A stretch of DNA of 64,000 bases from the human T2T-CHM13v2.0 reference genome, Homo sapiens. The stretch lies in the NCBI RefSeq assembly GCF_009914755.1, contig NC_060930.1; one strand, 5' to 3'. The notes under the pieces are model-generated. The model saw only the letters and a program-made list of their open reading frames with translations, was not told the DNA's origin and made no database searches. The position numbers and the translations under genes are program-made. Positions 14,868 through 30,480 of this stretch are shown in pieces; position 1 is the stretch's first letter, and each line of letters begins with the position of its first letter.

Positions 14868-15323
14868 AAGCTCTATTTTTTTCTCTTAGTTTCATTAAAA
14901 CGCACTAGATTATTTAAGACAAAAATTATGGTATTATGGCTTATAATATATATAGATGTAGTATGCATGACAATTATAGCATAAAGGACCTGGATCTATA
15001 TATATACAAGAGTCTTACATTTTATGTGAGTTAAACAGTGTAATAACTCCCAAGTATACTGAACATTTAAGGATGTACATTGTAATTCTTACCATGACTA
15101 CTGAAAAAAGGATGCAAAAAGATATCATAAAGAAATCAATATATAAATTAAAGGGAATTTCTAAAAAACACACAACCCAAAAGAAGACAGGAAAGAGAAA
15201 CAGATAAACAGTAAGAGAGGAAATAAGCAGAAAAGAAATAGGAAAAGTTACCCTATATCTGACCACGTGACTTAATACATCAAATATCACAGAATTATGG
15301 ACTACAATTAAAAGATACAGATC

Positions 15324-15608
15324 GGGGGAGGGCACAGCAGCTCATGCCTATAAAAGCACTTTGGGAGGCTGAGGTGGGTGGACCGCTTGAGCCCAGGAGT
15401 TTGAGAATAGCTTGGGCAACACAGTGAAACCCTGTCTCTACAAAAAAAAATACAATAATTAGCTAGGCGTAGTGGTGCATGCCTGTAGTCCCAGCTACTC
15501 AGGAAGCTGAGGTGGGAGGATTGCTTGAGCCTGGGAGATTCAGGCTGCAGTGAGCTATGATCATGCTACTATACTCCAGCCTGGGAGACAAAGCAAGACC
15601 CTCTCTCC

Positions 15609-15639
<31 letters not shown>

Positions 15640-15645
15640 AAAGAA
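15324..15645 (+). mobile_element. AluJ-like with long A tail
   Basis: TSD aaaagatacaga at 15310-15321 and 15646-15657. Confidence 0.88.
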
Positions 15646-15746
15646 AAAAGATACAGACAGACAGAAAGGAGGAATAAAGAAGCAAGACCCAATTATTTGC
15701 TGACTATAAGAGATGACTTTAAATATATTATATTTATCTTTCAATA

Positions 15747-18138
15747 CAGGCATACCTCACTTTATTGCACTTTGATTTATTGTGCTTCACAGATGTTGTA
15801 AGTTTTGCAAATTTAAGGTTTATGGTAACCCTAAATCAAGCAAGTCTTATCAGTGCCATTTTTCCAAAAGCATATATGTGTCCAACTTTATGTCTCTGTG
15901 TCATATTTTGGTACTTTTCACAGTATATTTCAAATATTTTCATTATTATTTTATCTGTTATGGTGATCTGTGATCTTTAGTGTTACTATTGTAATTGTCT
16001 TGGGGCGCCACGAACTGTATTCATATGAGATAGCAAATTTAATAAAAGTGTTTGTTCCGACTACTCCACTGACTAGCTGTTCCTCCATCTTTCTTCTCTC
16101 AGGCCTCCCTATTCCCTGAGACACAACAATACTGAAATTAGGCCAATTAATAACCCTACAATGGCCCCTAAGTATTTCAGATGTAAGGAAGAGTTGCATG
16201 TCTCTCACTTTAAATCAAAGCCTACAAATGATTAAGCTTAGTGAAGGAGGCATGTTGACAGCCAAGACAGGATGAAAGCTAGCCCTCTTGCCCCAAATAG
16301 CCAAGCTGTGAGTGCCAAGGCAAAGTTCTTGAAGAAAATTAAAAAATGCTGGTCCACTGAACACACAAATGATAAGAAGGTGAAACAGCCTTATTGCTGA
16401 TATGGAGAATGTTTCAGTAGGATGAATAGAAGATCAAACTAGCCATGACATTTCCTTAAGTCAAAGCCTAATCCAGAGCAAGGTGCTAACTCTCTTTAAT
16501 TCTGTGAAGGCCAAGAGAGATGAGAAACATGCAAAAGAAAAGTTAGAGGCTACCAGAGACTGGTTCATAAGATTTAGGAAAGAAGCCATCTCTATAATAT
16601 AAAAGTGCAAGGTGAAGCAGCGAATGATGATGTAGAAGCTGTAGCAAGTTGTCCTGAAGGTTAAGCTAAGATCAATGATGAAGATGGCTACATGTAACAA
16701 CAGATTTTCATTGTAGATGAAATGGCTATTAGAAGAAGATGCCATCTTGGCCATTCATAGCTAGAAGAGGAGAAATCAATGCCTGGCTTCAAAGCTTCAA
16801 AGCTGACTCTCTTGTCAGGGGCTCATGCAGCTGGTGATTTTAAGTTTTAGCTAGTGTTCATGTACCATTCTAAAAATCAGGATCCTGAAAAATTATGTTA
16901 AATCTATTCTGCTTATGCTCTATAAGTGGAACAACAAAGCCTAGATGACAGCATATCCATTTACAGCATGGCTTACTGAATATTTTAATTCCAGTGTTGA
17001 GACCTACTATTCAGGAAAAAAAGATTCCTTTCAAAATAATTACTGCTCATTGACAATGTATCTGGTCACCCAAGAGCTCTGCTGGAGAAGTACAAAAAGA
17101 TGAACACTGTCTTCACAATAGCTAACAAAATCCATTCTGCAGCACAGTTCAAGAAATAATTTCAACTTTCAAGTTTTATTACTTAAGAAATATATTTCAT
17201 AAGACTATTGCTGCCATAGATAGTGATTCCTCTGATGGATCCAAGGAAAGTAAATGAAAATCTTCTGGAAAGGATTCATTATTCTACATGCCATTAAGAA
17301 CATCTGTGATTCACGTGAAGAGGTCAAAATATCAACATTTACAGGAGTTTGGAAGAAGCTGATTCCAGCTATCACGAATGGCTTTGAGCGGTCCAGACTT
17401 CAGTGGAGGAGGTAACTGCAGATGTGGTATAAATGGCAGGAGAACTAAAAGTGCAGCCTGAAGATATGACTGAACTGCTCAATCTCATGATAAAACTTGA
17501 ATGGGTGAGAGTTGTTGCTTATGGATGAGTCAAGAAAGTGGTTTCTTGAGAAGATGTCTATATCTGTTGAAGATGCTGTGAACATTTTTAAAAATAACTA
17601 CAAAAACTCCTACAAAGGACTTAGACTTAGTTCCATAAACTTAGCTGATAAAGCAATGTCAGGGTTTGAGAGAACTGACTCCAATTATGAAAGAAGTACT
17701 GCTATGGGTAAATGCTATCAAACAATATCACGTGCTACAGAGAAATCTTTCAAGAAAGGAAGAGTCAATCAATGTGGCAAACTTCACACTGTTGTCCTAT
17801 CTTAAGATATTGCCACAGCTACCCCAACCTTCGGCAACCACCACCCTGATCAATCAGTAGCCATTAACATCGAGGCAAAACCTTCCACCAGCAAAAAGAT
17901 TATGACATGCAAATGACTCAGATAATAATTAGCATTTAAAAAATAAAGTATTTTAAAATTAAGGTATGTACATGTTTTAGACATAATGCCATTGCAGACT
18001 TATAGACTACAGTATAGCGTAAACATAATTTTTATATGCACCAGGAAAGCAGAAAATTTGTGTGACTCGCTTTATTGCAATATTCACTTCAATATGGTGG
18101 TGTGGAAACAAACCTGCAATATCTCTGAAGTATGCCTG
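15747..18138 (+). mobile_element. Full-length Tigger1 DNA transposon (TcMar/pogo) with decayed transposase
   Basis: TA|caggcatacctc ... gaagtatgcctg|CA termini, length 2392 bp. The transposase start near 16161 (SLTLNQ..MIKLSEG-like) is broken by frameshifts and stops. Confidence 0.95.
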
Positions 18139-18832
18139 CAGAAACATACAAATATATTGAAAGGAAGTGGATGGAAAAACATATTATGTAAACAGCAATC
18201 ACATGGCTGGAATGGCTAAATCAATCACATAAACAGACTTCATATGTACAGCATTTTCAGTAATAAAAAGAGATATTTCATAAATATAAAAAAGAGAGAA
18301 AATCCATGTTCATGGATTGTGAGACTTAGTATTGCTAAAACATATCCCAAACTGATGTAAGCAGTCAGCCTAATTCCTTTCAAAATCCCACCAGGCTTTT
18401 CTTTTTTTTCTTTTTCTTTCTTTGGCAGTAACTAACAAGTTGATTCTAAAATTTACATAGAAATGCGAAGAACACAGCATGTCCATATTAAGCTTAAAAA
18501 ATAACAGAGTTTGAAGACTTACATTATAATCAAATAAACACAAATGAAACTCCAAAAATAAATCCATTTAGATATATTGTTCAAGCAATCCAATGGGAGA
18601 AAAGAGTCTTTCAGCAAATAGTTCTGCAATAACTAGATATCCATAAGTAAAAATTGGATTTGGCTTCAACTCATACAATAAATGGATTTTAATTTGACCA
18701 GATTAATAGAACTAAATACAAAAACCAAAGAGATAAAGCTTCTAGAAGAAAACACAGGACAATATCATCATGACATGGGAGTAGCCAAAGGTTTCTTAGG
18801 ACACAGGCAATAAATATAAAAGAAAAAAATTG

Positions 18833-20298
18833 TGTAAGGAAGGGATCCAGTTTCAGCTTTCTACATATGGCTAGCCAGTTTTCCCAGCACCATTTATTAA
18901 ATAGGGAATCCTTTACCCATTTCTTGTTTTTGCCAGATTTGTCAAAGATCAGATGGTTGTGGATGTGTGGTATTATTTCTGAGGGCTCTGTTCTGTTCCA
19001 TTGGTGTATATCTCTGTTTTGGTACCAGTACCATTCTGTTTTGGTTACTGAAACTAGATCCCTTCCTTACACCTTATACAAAAATTAATTCAAGATGGAT
19101 TAAAGACTTAAATATTAGACCTAAAACCATAAAAACCCTAGAAGAAAACCTAGGCAATACCATTCAGGACATAGGCATGGGCAAGGACTTCATGACTGAA
19201 ACACCAAAAGCAATGGCAACAGAAGCCAAAATTGACAAATGGGATCTAATTAAACTAAAGAGCTTCTGCACAGCAAAAGAATCTACCATCAGAGTGAACA
19301 GGCAACCTACAGAATGGGAGAAAATTTTTACAATCTACCCATCTGACAAAGGGCTAATATCCAGAATCTACAAAGAACTTAAACAAATTTACAAGAAAAA
19401 ATCAAACAACCCAATCAAAAAGTGGGCGAAGGATATGAACAGACACTTCTCAAAAGAAGACATTTATGCAGCCAAAAAACACATGGAAAAATGCTCATCA
19501 TCACTGGCCATCAGAGAAATGCAAATCAAAACCACAATGAGATACCATCTCACACCACTTAGAATGGCAATCATTAAAAAGTCAGGAAACAACAGGTGCT
19601 GGAGAGGATGTGGAGAAATAGGAACACTTTTACACTGTTGGTGGGACTGTAAACTAGTTCAACCATTGTGGAAGACAGTGTGGTGATTCCTCAAGAATCT
19701 AGAACTAGAAATACCATTTGACCCAGCCATCCCATTACTGGCTATATACCCAAAGGATTATAAATTATGTTGCTATAAAGACACATGCACACATATGTTT
19801 ATTGTGGCACTATTCTCAATACCAAAGACTTGGAACCAACCCAAATGTCCAACAATGATAGACTGGATTAAGAAAATGTGGCACATATACACCATGGAAT
19901 ACTATGCAGCCATAAAAAAGGATGAGTTCATGTCCTTTGTAGAGACATGTATGAAGCTGGAAACATCATTCTGAGCAAACTAACGCAAGGACAGAAAACC
20001 AAACACCGCATGTTCTCACTCATAGGTGGGATTTGAACAATGAGAACACTGGGAGACAGGGTGGGGAACATCACACACCAGGGCCCGTTGTGGGGTGGGG
20101 GGAATGGGGAGGGATAGCATTACGAGACATACCTAGTGTAAATGACGAGTTAATGGGTGTAGCACACCAACATGGCACATGTATACATATGTAACAAACC
20201 TGCAGGTTGTGCACATGTACTCTAGAACTTAAAGTATAATTAACAAAAAATTAAAAAAATAAATAAATGCAAGCGGAATATTGTCAAAAAAAAGAAAA
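18833..20298 (+). mobile_element. 5'-truncated, 5'-inverted L1PA (L1PA4/5-like)
   Basis: Inverted segment 18833-19050, then sense ORF2 C-terminus and 3'UTR 19048-20240. TSD AAAAGAAAAAAATTG at 18818-18832 and 20299-20313. Confidence 0.95.
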
Positions 20299-21317
20299 AA
20301 AAGAAAAAAATTGGATAAATTAGGCTTCATCAGAAACTTAAAATTTCTCAGCTAACAAACTGAGAGAAAAATATGTGAAAAATATGTGTTTGATACAGGA
20401 CTGTTGTCACAAGATATGTAAAGAACTACAAACTGGTAATAAAAGTCAGCCCCTTTGCCTGCAAAAAAAAAAAAAAATGGGCAAAGGATTTGAAGAGACA
20501 CTTCTCAGAGTAAGATACATAAATGGCCAATCAATACATTAAAAAGTGCTCAACCTTATCAGTCATCAGAGAAATACACACTTAAACTGTTATCAGAAAA
20601 TATCCACTAGAATGGCTAAAAGTAAAAATGACAATGCCAAATGTTGATGAAGCTGTGGAGCAACTGGAACTCTAATACACTGTTGGTGGAAGTATAAAAT
20701 GGTACAACCTGTTTGGAAAAAAAGTCTGTTTCTTTAAAAACCAAACACATGCCTAACTCTATGACCCAACAATTTCATTCACTGCCATCTACCTAAGAAA
20801 AACAAAAGCATTTGTCCTTCCAGACTTGTACAGTAATATTCATAGCAGGTTTATTCATAATACCTCAGAAACTGGTGACAGTCCAGATACTCACCAACAT
20901 GAGAATGCATAAACTGATATGTTCAAGGAAGTCTGTTCTTTCTTTATGGAGAAGTACTTTTAAATAGTTGAAGACTTATCTTTCATAGCCTCTTCTCTTT
21001 AATGGTCAAACACCTCAAGTTCATCCCAGCAGTTACTACAAGAAATGTTTTTCAGTTTCTTCAGACACCTGCCCCCTTTCCCATTACTCTCCTTTAGACA
21101 TGCTCCACTGTGTCAATGTCCATTCTATAGGATGATGCCCAATACTAAAAAAATTCCTTATCAGTCACATCACAGTATTGGCTCCTAAGAAATTCACAGG
21201 CAAATAAAAATCTCAAAATCATTTTAATGTATGGTATTATTAATCTACATTTTCCTCATCATCAATCATACCAACTGCACTACTGGCCCACAATTCTTCA
21301 TAATGTATTTTAAAAAA

Positions 21318-21462
21318 TAGCCGAGCATAGTGGTGTGCCTGTAGTCCCAGCTACATGGAAGGATGAGGCAGAGAGATGGCTTGAGTCCAGGAGATCAAGG
21401 CTGTAGTGCACTATGATCATGCCTGTGAATAGCCACTGCACTCCAGCCTGGGCAACATAGAA
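21318..21462 (+). mobile_element. Alu monomer (FRAM/FLAM or AluJ right arm)
   Basis: gcctgtagtcccagctac...ctccagcctgggcaacatag. Confidence 0.75.
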
Positions 21463-21652
21463 AATCTAGAAAGTTAACTTGAATTAATATTAAACTTGCT
21501 AATCTAGTAAGAACCCAAGCCTAACCAGCCCAGTTCCTTATATGGTTAGTGCTCAAGAATGATACCCCTTAAAATAAAATGCACTGTGTATTAACCCACA
21601 TCTTGAGTTTCCAATTCTAATCCACTGTACATGGCACTACCATTTGGATCTT

Positions 21653-21764
21653 TTTTTTTTTTTCCTCTTGTTTTATTTTTTATTATTATTATTTTTTATT
21701 TATTTTTTATTTTTTATTATACTTTAAGTTTTAGGGTACATGTGCACATTGTGCAGGTTAGTTA
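21653..21764 (-). mobile_element. Very short young L1 (L1HS/L1PA2-like) 3'-end insertion
   Basis: Minus strand reads TAACTAACCTGCACAATGTGCACATGTACCCTAAAACTTAAAGTATAATAAA plus an A-rich tail. Perfect TSD TACCATTTGGATCTT at 21638-21652 and 21765-21779. Confidence 0.93.
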
Positions 21765-23061
21765 TACCATTTGGATCTTAAAACACCCTTTTGAACTCCT
21801 CACCCTTCAGCCAAGAAACCATCAACAATTCATTCCTTCCTAACTCTAGCAGTCTAAGACTCTATATAATCTGAGCCTTAATTTTCTAATCCAAATGCCT
21901 ACTATTCCTCTTTAATGAACCTTAATCCTTGAATATTTTAAACAGCGTTGGGTTTTTCTCCTTCTAAAATGGTACTTATGCTGTCTTTGAGTCCTAGAGT
22001 ATTATCCTAACTTCTACCTTATCATAGTCCTATTTTTCTTTTAACCTTAGCTTTCTCTCTAAAGTCTTTGACTGCAACTAGAGAAGGTTTTTTTTTTTTT
22101 TTTTAAACTTCTGTATTTTCTGTCTGAGTCACTCATTTGGAAACCAGTATATGCCATCTTAAACTGTTTGTTCAATTATTTGCTTATTTGTTTTACAAAA
22201 TATCCTGTCTCCCTGAACAGAGATCACATCAGTCTCCAGAGTCCCACTTTGGACTCAATTTGGTATAGTATTTGATGTACAGGCCCTTGATGTTAGCTGC
22301 TGATTTTGTCAAGTGATAAAGGGCAGGAAGGAAGACTTCCAGTCTCTGAATATTCATCTTGACTACCAGTCACAGGAGGGGAGGGGTGTCTGCCAGCCAG
22401 AAAAAAGTTTGAGGCTTATACTAACATATTTTGTCAGGAGGCTCTCTGACACTCATGCTCCCACCTCCCAGAGAGCCCAGGAAATCCAGCACATATAGGA
22501 TATTCCTCTCAACTGCTGGGTAGCTGGGAACAGCGGCTGCGGTTGCTGAGCAGTTGCCTAGGGCAGCTTGGCCACCCTGGAGAACCAAGAAAAGAGGGGA
22601 AATAAAGAGTTTTCCTAGGCATGCAAGCAATCACTTGAATGTTAAAAGAAAACTAGGCCCGTTGTGTTCACAGTAAATTTTCTCAATTAGAAATGTTATA
22701 ACAAATTTGTCTGATGTTAATGGAAAGCATACTTATACACATATTCATAAAGTGAACAAACATCAAAGACATTTTAAAGGGGGTTTTTTGACATCATAAT
22801 TTGGGTTTGTAACATAAAGAAAACAAATAGTGATTAATCAACTAAGTAAGCTTTAGGGACTTTTGTATGTTGACTGATAATGATGTATGACCTTTTCTAA
22901 GAAAAAAATGGATTTTTAATGGGCATAAACATTTTAATCCCTATTTGGTTTCCAAGCCAATTTGATTTTCCAAGGGGCATAAGAAAATGTTGAATTGTCC
23001 TTTTGTTTGTAATAAGATGCTATATGGGCATATATGTTAACATATTTTCTATGTATCCTAG

Positions 23062-23255
23062 AGCAGAGAAATTTAAACCTAGGGTCCATAGGGTTCACAG
23101 ATCCCTTGGATCCATAGAATGGCTTCAGAATGTCTCTGAACAATCTGAAACTGTAGGCAAAATTTGTGAATGTGTTTATAGAAAAAGGGTTTATAGTTTT
23201 CATCAGATTCTCAAAGGGGTGTGTGACCTAAAGAAGATTACAACTACTTCTTAGA
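23062..23255. mobile_element. MER103-like hAT-Charlie MITE
   Basis: Motif tagttttcatcagattctcaaaggggtgtgtgacc. Confidence 0.7.
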
Positions 23256-24161
23256 AATGATTTGAACCACTATCCTTGCCTATAGATATTTAACAAGGAG
23301 TAGAAATGTGTAATCAAGGTATGGCTATAAAACAGAGCTTAGCCATTTTCAGGTTATATATTTCAACCAACTTGATCCAAAACGTACTTCACAACTCTAC
23401 ATGTAGATGCGAACTTAACCTTCTTGCTGTCTTATCTATGGATATTCGATTGAATTACGTGAAACTGCTGTTTTTGTTAGTGAAAAGGGTCGAATATTGG
23501 CAAATACATTCAAGACACTGCAATACATTTCTGGTTTTGAGGTAGATGCTGTTTACAGAGGAGATTCTGTATACTAAAAGTGGTGCACAGTTATTATACA
23601 GAGCCTTAAAATTGGAAAGAAAACTTTACGGTTCCCATAGCAAAGCCAGATCAGAAAAGAATATAATTTTCACATAGTAGGGGCAATCTAAAAACTCAAG
23701 ATGAATGAAGACAAGCTTCTTTAAATCATTTTTAGAGATGAATCAATAATTGAAATGGAAAGTTATCAATAAATGCCAGGGATTATTTTGTGATTAATAA
23801 TGATAACCCTCTTATCTTTTGAAGCACAAAGAAATAAATGACTTTTCCAACATTACCTAAACCAGTTTTTCATCTCCCATAAAAATAAGAAATGCCTTGC
23901 AACTATCCCTTTCAATGAAGGGGTAGGAAAGCTAAGTGAAGCAAGAAAAACGTGAAAAAAGTCATTGTCTTAAGTGGACTGTCAGGGCCTGGCACACAGT
24001 AGGTGCTCAATTAAATACTTATTTGAATGTCTAATGTATTAAGATTCTTTGACTGAAGGTTATACACTCCTGCATAATCTTTATTAAAGAATCACTAATG
24101 TAAATACCAGATATGTGTCAAAATTCACAAATGTTTTAAGACAGATTTTTTTTGTACTTAC

Positions 24162-24269
24162 CTCAGCAGAGTTGTGATACTGAATGAAGGTTGCAGAAAT
24201 GGCATGGCTGAAGGGGTCCCCTGCCTTGGTTACCATGTCTTGCCTCACAAGAAGAGCCAGATCCACTAA
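24162..24269 (-). CDS. SUPT3H: SUPT3H internal coding exon (probably exon 9), 108 nt, [36 protein letters not shown]
   Basis: Minus strand reads cttctag|TTAGTGGAT...GCTGAG|gtaagt, phase 0/0. Track ORF 24084..24266 contains it in frame. Confidence 0.97.
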
Positions 24270-24464
24270 CTAGAAGACCAGAAGAATGAAAGTCACATAG
24301 CTAGAAATAATCATGAATGCCACTGAAGTGGCAAACCTAAAAGCAATACATTCTGAATGTTACTGATAATCCTGCTTGCCTAAAAATCTATATTGTAGAC
24401 ATGAGCACACACTTTCATTGACTGGTGAATGGACCTAGTCATGATATATTCTGACTTTTTAGGA

Positions 24465-24965
<501 letters not shown>

Positions 24966-25346
24966 TAGAGGGCGAGATTCCAGACCCAGAATTTGGTAAG
25001 TACTCCTAAATTCTCACATACGTAGAAAGGTGTTTTTCAAAGCTCAAAAATAATCTCTAAACAAGGCAGATGTGGACTTGAGTTCAATGTCAAGAAAAAG
25101 CATGCAGGGATTCCATTTCTCATTAAGATAAAGGTACAAGAACTCTTTTTTATCCTAGCATCCACTTGAATTGAGGATGCAGAGACACATAACTGAACTA
25201 AATTTTAGAAAATGATGTAAATGCCACAGGAGAGAATTCATGGCTGTTATTACTGGTAGAGCAGCAGGGAGAAGAAGAATTGATCATGGGCAGAGATAAA
25301 GAAAAACCAGCCAGTGTGGCCCGATATGACAGATTAGAATTCTTAC

Positions 25347-25459
25347 CTGTGCCACAGTTTCATACGCTAAATATGCTAAGATTTCCATTGCGACAACATT
25401 GGGTTTTATCTCCATACTGCTGCAGTCCAACCAGTCTCGAAATTTGGAAGCTTTTTTGG
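25347..25459 (-). CDS. SUPT3H: SUPT3H internal coding exon (probably exon 8), 113 nt, (S)[37 protein letters not shown]
   Basis: Minus strand reads ggccag|CCAAAAAAGCT...GTGGCACAG|gtaaga. It completes the TCC codon from the previous exon and encodes part of the C-terminal histone-fold region of SPT3. Confidence 0.97.
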
Positions 25460-25936
25460 CTGGCCATTTAAAAAAAACAAGTGCAGAAATTTTAATTTTT
25501 AAAGTGTTTTAATACTGCACATTACTATCACAAAATTAAAAAAGTATACTCAGAATTGTACACAAAAAATAATGCACATAAAATGCATAATTAATGTCTA
25601 GATATTCTGGCCCCAAGAAATCCAAGTTTTAACTCTCAGTTATAAGGCAACACAATGGTTGTTTTCAACAACTCTCTTACGTATTTGGGTCTTTTATTTT
25701 ACACCTATGCTATATGACATAGTATATTAAAGCATTTAATGTTTAATACTTCTCACACTGTCAGATTTACCATTGGCTACCGCTCATGTTACAACAAGAA
25801 GTCAGAAGATGTTCTTGTCTGATGTAACCTTAATTTACTCATATAGAAAGAAAATCTTGCAAGAAAGAACCTGTGATGAAAAAAGAAACATACAGAAACT
25901 ATTGCTAATATTTTTCAAAAATATTCTCTAGTCTCA

Positions 25937-27045
<1,109 letters not shown>

Positions 27046-27054
27046 AAGTGTCTA

Positions 27055-27409
<355 letters not shown>

Positions 27410-29449
27410 CTAAGCCTGTGGTTACATTTTTTCCGGTTATGAAGATGTCTAAATTCTTAAGCCTGACTCAAAACCATCCAGACTGATTCCAAGCAGCCTT
27501 TAGGATATTTCCCTATTAAACCATCACCTGGCCTTGAGTCTTTTCCTCTGTGTGTCTACTCCTACTCCTTTCCTTCCATGGAATGCTCTGCCATCACTCT
27601 TCTTCATTCATATGAATCTTGATCATACAGGCCAAAGGTATACTTCCCTACTCTAGCCATTTATTGAACACTGATACCATCAGATATTCTTTCACAAATG
27701 CTTATAATTTCTTAAGCCATATTACAAATTTTTGTGGGAGAAGACCATGCCTTATGTCTCTGCATGTGTAATAGTACCAAGCATATACAGAACCAAGCAC
27801 GTATGTAACCTTTAGTTAAATATCTCTACACTGCCACAGTGCTAAGCAGTCTAATTTGATATAGGGACTTCATTAGACATTATTCATTTAACTAGTAACC
27901 TAGAGGGAAAGATTGATAGTGAAGATTTTATGAAATCTGTAAGATTTTCTTTATAATCCACTGATTATTCTTTTGATTAATCTGGCCCCACGGGTCTATA
28001 AAACACTTAATAGTAACTCAAAGCATGATATTTTGATCCTTCTATATAGAATCTTCAGGATTCCACATACAGAAGAGTTCTCTTTTAAATAAATCATGGA
28101 AAACATTAAGTCCTGCTATCGAAGCATATACCCAAAGCTGTCAAATATGGCAGAATTATGATAATCCCCCTTAAAGCTATCTCCCCAACGTAACAAATCT
28201 TCCAAATACTTTCTGACATGCAACATTCCATCTAACTAGTATGCTGCGATAGCTCACAAACACTTGTTTAACATCTGTGGAATACTTCTAAAGTTAAAGT
28301 TAACAGGCAGCAATTTGGCAAGATCAATGAGATGTACATTAATCACTTATCTCCTTGACAGATCTTTAGGACAGAAACAGATACTTTGTGACTGTGCTCT
28401 AAACAGTTGATTTTAAAAGTGAGGGAAAGGATCATTATTAATATTCAGTTGGATCTATCCACATAACAGAATTAGCTTCCTTGCTAGATTGTAACCACCG
28501 AGAATGCAGGGACAAGGACCATATATCTCCAACTGTATCCCTAGCACCTAGAATACTGCCTGGCATTAGCAGACTCACAAGAAATATTTCCAGAAGAAAT
28601 GAATAAATGAATGAAGTATTTTTTAAATAAAAGAGTAGAGTCCAAACTTTTCTATTCATCAAAAGACATGCATAGAAGTCCAAAAACCACTTGGGTTATT
28701 GCTGTTCCACCAAGTGGTGGAGATTCTTTGAGAGCTAATTCCTTCCCTGTCACGTGGAGAAGGATGGCTTTAGAGCCTCACCCTTCCAAGGTATTGTTGG
28801 TTCCAGCAAAAGAGGCACAGATACCTCTAGTTAAGACAGTTTGTTTTCATCAAGAGGTGAGAGGGGCCTCAGAATAAACAAGTTCCTTCTCCTTCGCCCC
28901 TCTTCCCAACGTATCAGGAGAAACGATAACCTGGAAATTGACTAACAAACAGAATCCTGAGCAATGGTCAAAAGTTCCTAGGATTATTAGCATTGTAATA
29001 CTACCTGGATTTTCAGCCTGCGCTGAACTTAAAAAGCAATTTTACATGATAATTTCATATGGAAATTTAAGGTTAATCTCACATACTTTTTATCTTTCTT
29101 ATCAATGATCACTAACAAAATTTAAGTTTCTTGCAATATTCCATTCTCTCATGCCTGCATACTATTCAGTGATTTCTATCCCATCCCTTCCCAACAGTCT
29201 TTCCATTCCCAGTCCTTTCCTTAGGGTCCTCTGGAATGCTCATTCCACTCAGAAGAAACTACTTTGCAACTTCAACCTAATTGAAAATAGCCTTCTTCAG
29301 AGAGCATGGTTTTCCCTGGAAACTTCCCTAGCAGGAGTTCCTTATTCCTTTCCTTTATACACATTTATGGGCAACTACTTGGGCCAGTGTGTTCATTTCC
29401 CCATATAAGGGGGGACCTGGCGTCAATGTCTTCATTCTCTTAGTTTCTT

Positions 29450-30480
<1,031 letters not shown>

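Larger units (their letters stand above)
13200..20930 (+). mobile_element. Old fragmented L1M (5' region/ORF1, EN start, ORF2 3' part) hosting nested insertions
   Basis: ORF1-like A-rich decayed sequence at 13900-14800 and ORF2 3'-like sequence at 18300-18830 and 20314-20930. Boundaries are approximate. Confidence 0.7.

Noticed and set aside
16161-17860. Domesticated TIGD-like transposase gene
   Set aside because: Multiple stops and frameshifts; only fragments under 100 aa remain open.
18967-19686. 239-aa ORF, the longest in the track
   Set aside because: It is an L1 ORF2 C-terminal fragment fused to antisense L1 across the inversion junction. It ends at a premature TGA and is not a host gene.
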